From assembly GCA_022729235.1 (NCBI GenBank), contig JALDAJ010000001.1:864001-928000 (forward strand): 64,000 nt of DNA, given 5' to 3'. A program made the translations under genes and the position numbers. How positions within the stretch are numbered: position 1 is the first letter of the stretch; each line of letters starts with the position of its first letter. This document shows, one piece after another, positions 57,928-64,000 of this stretch. The notes beneath the pieces are model-generated. The model made no database searches. It worked only from the letters and a program-made list of their open reading frames with translations, and was not told the origin of the DNA. This DNA is from Candidatus Nanohalarchaeota archaeon. GTDB taxonomy: Archaea > Nanohalarchaeota > Nanosalinia > Nanosalinales > Nanosalinaceae.

Positions 57928-58103
57928 TGGGGTGGGAGGGATTTGAACCCGCAACCTTCCGCTAGCTCCTGCAAGTTTTAATCATCGGAATCGAAGGCAA
58001 GCCTTCTCAAACCGACACGTCAGACGAGTCGGTGTTCCTCATACCTCCAAAGTTGGAAAACTGCTCTGGAGGCGGACGCTCTCCCAAGTTGAGCTACCAC
58101 CCC
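57928..58103 (-). tRNA. tRNA-Trp(CCA) with 102-nt intron (57964-58065)
   Basis: Acceptor GGGGTGG/CCACCCC; anticodon stem TCCGC/GCGGA; BHB with CTCC/GGAG helix. Confidence 0.95.
57964..58065 (-). ncRNA. intron-encoded box C/D-type guide for Cm34 of tRNA-Trp
   Basis: CTTTGGAGG is complementary to anticodon nt 31-39; the ATGA box places C34 at +5; K-turn partner ATGATTA. Confidence 0.7.
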
Positions 58104-58149
58104 TTTTAGTGGCTCTTAACAAGACGGGGTGCGGCAAGAGTTTAAAATG

Positions 58150-58440
58150 CTATCCTATCAGCGACAGCCTTGCCGCGGTTAATGAGGCGAAAAGCACCAC
58201 CATGAGCAGAGAGGTTACGGAGATAACATCAAGAAACCGTGTCCAGTCATCCTCCAGTTCTTTCGCCAGTCCTGCAGAAACAAACGCTATTGACGATAGA
58301 ACAGCCAGACCCATCATAGTGCCAGCAAAATTTACAGAGACCAGTAAAGATGCACCTGTCAGGAATGCGAATCCGTAGAATAGCGGTCGGGAAATCTCGA
58401 CAAGCATTTCCTGGCTTACATCAAGCTGGTCTTCTAACAT
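58150..58440 (-). CDS. small membrane protein
   Basis: Three hydrophobic segments. Confidence 0.6.
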   Translation of the reverse strand: MLEDQLDVSQEMLVEISRPLFYGFAFLTGASLLVSVNFAGTMMGLAVLSSIAFVSAGLAKELEDDWTRFLDVISVTSLLMVVLFASLTAARLSLIG

Positions 58441-58514
58441 GTTAGAGCCTTTGTAGCGCTCGTATTTAAAGAACAAGGTGGTTTTGTAACATTTCACATC
58501 TATGACGATAACAC

Positions 58515-59474
58515 GTGATAAAGGAGAAAGACGGGATACATCTAGAACTTGGTGAAAAAGTTGTCGCGGACAGCCGTAAAGCTGTTGGAGATATCAACAT
58601 AGTTTCTCACGCCCACTTCGACCACCTGCATCGAGGAGAGACAGAAGTGGTTTGCTCCGCGGAGACAGCGGGCATCGGCTCGGTGCGTTCAGGGAAGGAG
58701 ATAGAGTTTTCCGAAGATCACAACTCCGTTGAACTCCTGCCCTCTGGACACATAATCGGTTCCCGCGCCGCTCTTATAGAGGACGATAAAAGCATACTTT
58801 ACACCGGTGACGTTTCAACCCGTGACAGGTTCTATCTGGAAGGCTTTGAACCCGTGAACGCTGATATTCTCGTGGTGGAGACGACTTACGGCGTTCCCGC
58901 GTACAGTTTTCCTTCACAGGAAGAAATTATAGACGAGATAACAGGATGGGTACAGGACAATGAAAAACCTTTGCTACTGTTCGGATATTCGCTCGGTAAG
59001 GCGCAGAAGATACAGCATCACGTTCAGGAAGCAACCGACAGACCATTACTTGCTCACGGATCAGTAATAGAGATGAACCATGCAGTCGAGAAGTCAACTG
59101 ATCTCGAGTTCCGCGCGAAACCTTACGAGGGAAATAAGGACCTGTTCAAGGAAGAAGGTATACTGGTAGCTCCCCCGGGAAGCAGAAAAGCTGAGTGGGT
59201 GAAGCGGCTTGAGAATAAAAAGGAGGTATTAACCGCCGGTTTCTCGGGCTGGGCGGTCAACAACTCCATGGGCTACAGCCGGTACGACCGCGCGTTCCCG
59301 CTCAGCGACCACTGTGGGTTCGACGAACTTGTGGAGCTCGTGGAGAAGGTCGACCCGGAGCGAGTTTATACTCACCACGGGTTTGATGAAGCGTTCGCCA
59401 GCTACCTGAGAAAAGAACTGGGCATTCACGCGCGGGCGCTGAAGAAGAACCAGGCGACGCTGGAAGAGTTCTAA
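58515..59474 (+). CDS. metallo-beta-lactamase/beta-CASP nuclease
   Basis: SHAHFDH, GH..GS, YTGD, ETTYG, YSLGKAQ, LSDH, THHG. Confidence 0.92.
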   Translation: MIKEKDGIHLELGEKVVADSRKAVGDINIVSHAHFDHLHRGETEVVCSAETAGIGSVRSGKEIEFSEDHNSVELLPSGHIIGSRAALIEDDKSILYTGDVSTRDRFYLEGFEPVNADILVVETTYGVPAYSFPSQEEIIDEITGWVQDNEKPLLLFGYSLGKAQKIQHHVQEATDRPLLAHGSVIEMNHAVEKSTDLEFRAKPYEGNKDLFKEEGILVAPPGSRKAEWVKRLENKKEVLTAGFSGWAVNNSMGYSRYDRAFPLSDHCGFDELVELVEKVDPERVYTHHGFDEAFASYLRKELGIHARALKKNQATLEEF

Positions 59475-59535
59475 AAATAGGTTCAATTCATCTACAGGAG
59501 TTAATTTTATACCTCTAAACAGAACTATGCAGTAT

Positions 59536-59841
59536 ATGAGATTATCCAAAGAAGAAATCTTTGAACGTCTAGATGATGAAAGACCTGAACTTGAAGAGTT
59601 AGGCGTGGAAAAATTGGGAGTTTTCGGCTCTCAAGTAAGAGGAAACGCTGATGAAGAAAGCGACATTGATTTCCTAGTAATTTTCAAGGAGGAAGAAAAA
59701 ACGTACAGTAATTACATGGACTTGAAACGCTTCCTTGAGAACCTGTTTGATACAGAAATTGATCTCGCAACCCGTGAATCTCTCAAGCCGTCCATAGAAT
59801 CACGGGTACTTAACGAGGTAGAATATGCCAAGAAAGCATGA
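59536..59841 (+). CDS. minimal nucleotidyltransferase (MNT) antitoxin
   Basis: FGSQVRG...EESDIDFLV. Confidence 0.92.
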   Translation: MRLSKEEIFERLDDERPELEELGVEKLGVFGSQVRGNADEESDIDFLVIFKEEEKTYSNYMDLKRFLENLFDTEIDLATRESLKPSIESRVLNEVEYAKKA

Positions 59842-60163
59842 AGCCTATCTCGAGGATATTCTGGAATGTATAAAACGAGTTGAAAAGTATACCGAAGGAG
59901 CGGATTATGAAGAATTTTCCAATGATGAAAAGACAGTTGACGCAGTTCTGAAAAATCTTGAAAATATAGGAGAAGCCGTGAAAAACCTCCCGGAAGAGGT
60001 CAAAAACGAGCGTTCAGATCTAGAATGGAGTGATATTGCCGGTTTTCGAGACTTTATCACTCATCAATACTTCAGAGCTGATAAAGAAATAACTTGGGAC
60101 ATTGTCCAGAACGAGGTTCCCATCCTTAAACAGGCTGTCAGAGAGATCCAGAAGAACCAATAA
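59825..60163 (+). CDS. HEPN (DUF86) RNase toxin
   Basis: DAV..L..IGEA and RDFITHQY (Rx4HxY); overlaps the MNT gene. Confidence 0.92.
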   Translation: MPRKHEAYLEDILECIKRVEKYTEGADYEEFSNDEKTVDAVLKNLENIGEAVKNLPEEVKNERSDLEWSDIAGFRDFITHQYFRADKEITWDIVQNEVPILKQAVREIQKNQ

Positions 60164-60166
60164 CAT

Positions 60167-60386
60167 TACTCGATGTCATCTCCACTAAGTTTTGACTCGA
60201 TACTCTCAATTACCTGCGACTGTTCCTCAAGACGTTCCTCCACAACTTTTCTCGTACAATCAAAGTGGAACTTCTCAAGATTGTTTCTCAACCTTTCTTT
60301 TTCTGTTTCCCTGAACCAGTCGAGTGATTCCTGGCAAACTCTTCCCTCAGTCTTAACTTCAGTTCTTCAAGCTCGTTTTCTTCCAT
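60167..60386 (-). pseudogene. internally deleted, frameshifted paralogue of the adjacent HD gene
   Basis: MEENELEELKLRLREEFARNH joined out of frame to QESLDWFRETEKERL; exact 20-bp repeat with the HD gene 5' end. Confidence 0.55.
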
Positions 60387-60390
60387 CTTA

Positions 60391-60948
60391 TCACTTAATG
60401 TTTACGTCATCCATTTCGTCGAAAAGCTTCCAGAAACTGTCAAGCTCTTCGTGGTGCTTCCTACCTATTCTTCGACCGGTCTCTGTCTGCAACTTCTCAA
60501 AGCACTTCTCCTCGATTTCCCGAGTGTGCTCCAGCGACTCCCTGAAGCCTTTTTCTCGTGCACCCACATCACAAGCTATCTCGCGCATGATTCCGAACGG
60601 TCCGACCACCTGCAGCTTGTCCGCATCAAACACGACTTTCGCCTCGACTGTCTCTGCTTCGTCGATGTTCTCTAGTTCGGAACAGCGGACACAGTGAGCC
60701 AGTTCCTCTACCAGGTCTTCGTCAATACCTGTACTCTCTAGGAACTCTCTCACTTCACCGGCGTCATGAATCTGGTGGAGCGATGCTCCAAGCCTAACTA
60801 CTTCCCTGTCCGCTCCTTCTTTCTCCGCCAGGTATTCAGCGAGTTCAATCGTTCTCTCCATGTGCTCGATACCGTGGGTTTCATCGAGCTGTATGTAATG
60901 ATTCCTGGCAAACTCTTCGATTTCTTCAAGTTTTCCTTCCTCGACCAT
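60391..60948 (-). CDS. HD-domain protein
   Basis: H...H..R, SLHQI (HD changed to HQ), EAK.V.DADKL...G..G. Confidence 0.85.
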   Translation of the reverse strand: MVEEGKLEEIEEFARNHYIQLDETHGIEHMERTIELAEYLAEKEGADREVVRLGASLHQIHDAGEVREFLESTGIDEDLVEELAHCVRCSELENIDEAETVEAKVVFDADKLQVVGPFGIMREIACDVGAREKGFRESLEHTREIEEKCFEKLQTETGRRIGRKHHEELDSFWKLFDEMDDVNIK

Positions 60949-60949
60949 T

Positions 60950-61375
60950 CTATCCCCTGAAAAACAGTCCGTCCAGCTTTGCCTCCACAAACTTGTCTTC
61001 CCTGGAGTGGAAGAGCGGTCTTATATCCTCGATGCACCTTCGTCCTGTTGATGTGAGCTGGGCTCCAAACTCTTTTCTTGAAGCACGAACTACATCAACT
61101 TCCTCCTCCAGCGCCTGGGCTATCTCCCTGTTCTGTTCCTTTCCGTGTTCGTCGAAGTCGGTCAGTACTGCAACTCTTTTCGCACCACGGGACACGTCTT
61201 CCACGAGATCCTTGAGTTTCCGCTCCGCGGAGAGAAATATTTTGCCGTTGAATCCCAGCTGTTGCAGGACTTTCTTATCGCTGAAACCCTCGACGATTAT
61301 CGAGTCAACGTCCCTGTCGAGCCGTTCAACAACTTTTTCCAGTTCTTTTCTTTCCCTAAATTTTCTCTTTTCCAT
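60950..61375 (-). CDS. small Toprim-domain protein
   Basis: IIVEG.SD and LTDFD.HG. Confidence 0.9.
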   Translation of the reverse strand: MEKRKFRERKELEKVVERLDRDVDSIIVEGFSDKKVLQQLGFNGKIFLSAERKLKDLVEDVSRGAKRVAVLTDFDEHGKEQNREIAQALEEEVDVVRASRKEFGAQLTSTGRRCIEDIRPLFHSREDKFVEAKLDGLFFRG

Positions 61376-61409
61376 AACGAAGTTAACGCTTGCAAGACTT
61401 AAATCCTGT

Positions 61410-62015
61410 ATGGAGTCGAACAACGCGCTCGTTGACTACCTGGAAAGAGGAGACCACATCAGGACCGAGAGGGTTAGAGAAGCTTTCAGGTCTGTTGACA
61501 GGGAAAGATTTGTACCAGAGGAGCATAGCAACGATGCGTACAGCGATGTCCCGCTACCTATAGGTGAAGGTGCGACGATTTCCGCGCCCCACATGGTGGC
61601 TATTAACACCGAACTACTCGACGTGGGTGAGGGCGATACTGTCCTGGAAATCGGTTCCGGTTCCGGGTATCAGCTAGCTGTAATCGCGGAACTCACTAAC
61701 GCGGAGGTAGCGGGTGTTGAGAGGATAGAAGAATTGGTGGAGAGATCACGCGATGGACTGGAGCATTGGGAAAACGTGCGTGTAGTCCACGGGAATGGGC
61801 TGGACGCGGTTGAAGGAGAGTTCGACCGTATCCTGTTCTCATGCGGTATCGACACCTTTGATCTAGGGAAAGAGTACCTAGAAGACGACGGTATCATGGT
61901 GGCGCCGGTGAACGTGGACAGGGGGCAGATGCTTCAGAAGTACATCGATAGTGAGAGCAAGATTGAGAGCCATGGTCGTGTCAGGTTTGTGCCGTACCGC
62001 GACAAGCCGGTCTAG
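61410..62015 (+). CDS. pcm: protein-L-isoaspartate O-methyltransferase
   Basis: AY.D.PL.IG..TISAPHM, LEIGSGSGY, VRFVP; true start at 61410. Confidence 0.95.
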   Translation: MESNNALVDYLERGDHIRTERVREAFRSVDRERFVPEEHSNDAYSDVPLPIGEGATISAPHMVAINTELLDVGEGDTVLEIGSGSGYQLAVIAELTNAEVAGVERIEELVERSRDGLEHWENVRVVHGNGLDAVEGEFDRILFSCGIDTFDLGKEYLEDDGIMVAPVNVDRGQMLQKYIDSESKIESHGRVRFVPYRDKPV

Positions 62016-63223
62016 ACAGTCCTGCTCACTTTTCTTCCAACGACCGGGTTGACTGCTGACTGGTAGACGCTCCTGACTGCTTCTTTGAATGATTCAAGGG
62101 ATTCCTCGCCCTGGCTGTACTGTACCTCCAGTTCCGGTGTTATCTCTATGTTTTCACGGAACCTGTTGCCTATCATCTCACCTATCTCCCGGGTGTTGAG
62201 GAACTGGTCTTTCACACTGGAGGCTGCCTCCTCCGGCATCGCGACCTCGATGCTGTGTTCAACATCGTCCACGGATTCGACTCTCGCCCGGATTCCGATG
62301 CCTGCCCTATCCCTTATCTCAACGTAGCTGTCGCCGTATTCTCTCTCGACCGGTATCTTCGGGGTGAACAGTTCCAGGACTTCCTCGGGCGACACGATTC
62401 CTGCGGTCTCTCTTATATCCGACCTGAGCTCTCCGGGGCGGGAAAGGTAGTTTGAGTCACGCTCTGGGAAAGTATTGATAACAGTATAGTAAACCGGTCT
62501 TTCTACCTCCTCTATCCTGCTCTTTATCTCCTCTACCTTATCCTCTATCTCGTCCACTGAGTCCTCTGAGTAGGGTACGTCGAAGAGGAATATCTCGTTG
62601 CGCCTGCTGTGCTTCACCACCGCATCCACAGGGATGTTGTAGTCATATGAGTCTAGTGGAGGCTTCTCAAGTTCCAGTCCGACGAACTCTCTTTCCAGGT
62701 CTTCAAGTTTTTTGATACCGCGACTTACTCTTCTCTCGAAAGGCTTGATGCTGTTGAAAAGAAGTCTTGCCTGGCTGTGAGACAGTTGCTCTCTCTCCAC
62801 CATTTTAGCGACATCCCGGACTACTTTCTCCGTGTCCGTGTAGACCAGTTCGCGCTGGAGGAACTGGTGTAGTTTTGGAAAATCTACTTGCTCATATCCC
62901 TCTGGAGAAGCACCAGGAGTCGTTACAAATATACCTCTTATATCGTGCTCGGCAAGTTCAGAAAGTTCCAGTCCTACATCGACAGGGTTACCTTTTACCA
63001 TCCCGACATATTTTTCCATGCGTTCCAGGTCTTCACTGTCAACCTCGCCCTTGTTCTTCGCATCGATTATCCATATCTCTTTTTTGTTCTCCCTCGTTAC
63101 GCGGGCGAAACAGTCGGGGCGTGAATCGCTCAGGCTTCCAACGCGTTCAAAGAAGTCGAAGTAGCCCTGGTACTGCCTTAGAACGTCGAGAACATCTGTC
63201 TGGAACACGCTCCAGTCCGTCAT
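62012..63223 (-). CDS. protein with N-terminal PD-(D/E)XK restriction-endonuclease-like domain
   Basis: FQ..V, RPD, IIDAK, M.KY. Confidence 0.65.
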   Translation of the reverse strand: MTDWSVFQTDVLDVLRQYQGYFDFFERVGSLSDSRPDCFARVTRENKKEIWIIDAKNKGEVDSEDLERMEKYVGMVKGNPVDVGLELSELAEHDIRGIFVTTPGASPEGYEQVDFPKLHQFLQRELVYTDTEKVVRDVAKMVEREQLSHSQARLLFNSIKPFERRVSRGIKKLEDLEREFVGLELEKPPLDSYDYNIPVDAVVKHSRRNEIFLFDVPYSEDSVDEIEDKVEEIKSRIEEVERPVYYTVINTFPERDSNYLSRPGELRSDIRETAGIVSPEEVLELFTPKIPVEREYGDSYVEIRDRAGIGIRARVESVDDVEHSIEVAMPEEAASSVKDQFLNTREIGEMIGNRFRENIEITPELEVQYSQGEESLESFKEAVRSVYQSAVNPVVGRKVSRTV

Positions 63224-63278
63224 ACGAAAACCTCCGTTCGGCTTCGGTTTTCTCCAATCGGGATCTTGGGGAGAACCC

Positions 63279-64000
63279 TCATTCAACCACCTCGTAGTCG
63301 TCTATTTTTCCATCGCCGTCCATGTCGAGTCCCCGGATTATCCTGTAGAACCCCTTACCCCCTTCGTAACCATCTATTAGCTCTTCCAGGTTTTTGAATG
63401 CTCTTACCGCGCCTTCAGTACCACGGTTCCTGATACCTGCAACCAGGTAAATCGCTTTCCCAGGGTTTTCCGGGTTCGGTATCTTCTGGATTACGCCTAT
63501 AGAATCGCCTGAGTACGTGTTCTCCGGCGTCTGTAGTTCATGGTATGGAAAACTTTCTGTTGAGAAGCTGGCAGGGAAATGGTCGTTAAAGCGACGGGTT
63601 ACCGTGTTCGTCAGTAGTCCTCCGAGGAGAACCAGGTTTTTTCCAAAGGATTCTTCGCGGACTATCTCTGTATCAAAACATGTCTCGAGCCCGTCACATG
63701 TTCCAAAATTACCTAGTTTAGAGCCTATCTCTCCGGCTAGATGTCCATCTCTTGCCCTTACCTGGTGCTCGCCGTGCTGGTCCGGTGAACCCACCACTAT
63801 ATTTCCTTTAATGGCTCCTTTCTCCACGAGCGGGTCCAGGAACTCTTTCTTGTCGTCCGCCGGGGGCAACAGGGTTTTTTCTCCACCTGAACCCAGGTCC
63901 AGGAGATAACCGTGTGATGAGGGTCGGTAGAACGTTGCCATACCACCCGACTTTTTCTCCGTTCTGTCCTCCACTAACAAATCTGCTTCCTGAAGTTTCT
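63279..64000 (-). CDS. winged-helix regulator with S-layer-like C-terminal domain (5' end outside the window)
   Basis: Frame stays open to the window edge; IVVGSPD.HG, NL.L.GG...N, AG....GT..A. Confidence 0.75.
   Translation of the reverse strand, partial: KLQEADLLVEDRTEKKSGGMATFYRPSSHGYLLDLGSGGEKTLLPPADDKKEFLDPLVEKGAIKGNIVVGSPDQHGEHQVRARDGHLAGEIGSKLGNFGTCDGLETCFDTEIVREESFGKNLVLLGGLLTNTVTRRFNDHFPASFSTESFPYHELQTPENTYSGDSIGVIQKIPNPENPGKAIYLVAGIRNRGTEGAVRAFKNLEELIDGYEGGKGFYRIIRGLDMDGDGKIDDYEVVE

Noticed and set aside
57855-57946. Intact provirus bounded by attL/attR at tRNA-Trp
   Set aside because: Only 54 bp lie between the repeats; no cargo or integrase.
60993-61409. Long N-terminal extension of Pcm
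   Set aside because: Antisense to the Toprim gene; Pcm homology begins at ATG 61410.
1-64000. CRISPR array, rRNA, transposase or integrase
   Set aside because: No regularly spaced repeats, no rRNA-like stretch and no recognisable recombinase motif.

Overview
A gene-dense archaeal chromosomal window with an acidic proteome. Short intergenic spaces, GGTGA/GGAGG RBSs, archaeal rpl40e, rpl10e, dph2, aMBF1, PINA and histone genes, and BHB-intron tRNAs fit a halophilic DPANN archaeon, probably Nanohaloarchaeota (taxonomy is inference). Contents: three intron-containing tRNAs (Thr-GGT partial, Asp-GTC, Trp-CCA), a nucleotide-sugar cluster (Gfo/Idh/MocA, two GlmU-like genes, two HAD proteins, phosphohexomutase), hisS, ychF, a DEAD-box helicase, nrdR-nrdJ with NrdR boxes and an adjacent NUMOD3/PD-(D/E)XK endonuclease, a CBS-HPF fusion, nfo, sod, an MNT-HEPN toxin-antitoxin pair and pcm. 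Many orphan ORFs sit singly between housekeeping genes. Five small genes absent from the ORF track were read by hand. The most unusual signal is a set of tiny (47-73 bp period) hairpin-rich inserts flanked by target duplications: one beside each tRNA and one in-frame inside a flavoprotein gene, three of the four sharing an AAA(T)C-GCT..GAGCA core. Other leads are an ART-fold-like orphan convergent on dph2, several apparent pseudoenzymes, a shared palindrome suggesting a regulon for a membrane-anchored ArsR protein, and a reduced single-K-turn guide RNA in the tRNA-Trp intron. No CRISPR array, rRNA, transposase or integrase was seen. All calls come from motif recognition by eye; no database search was run.
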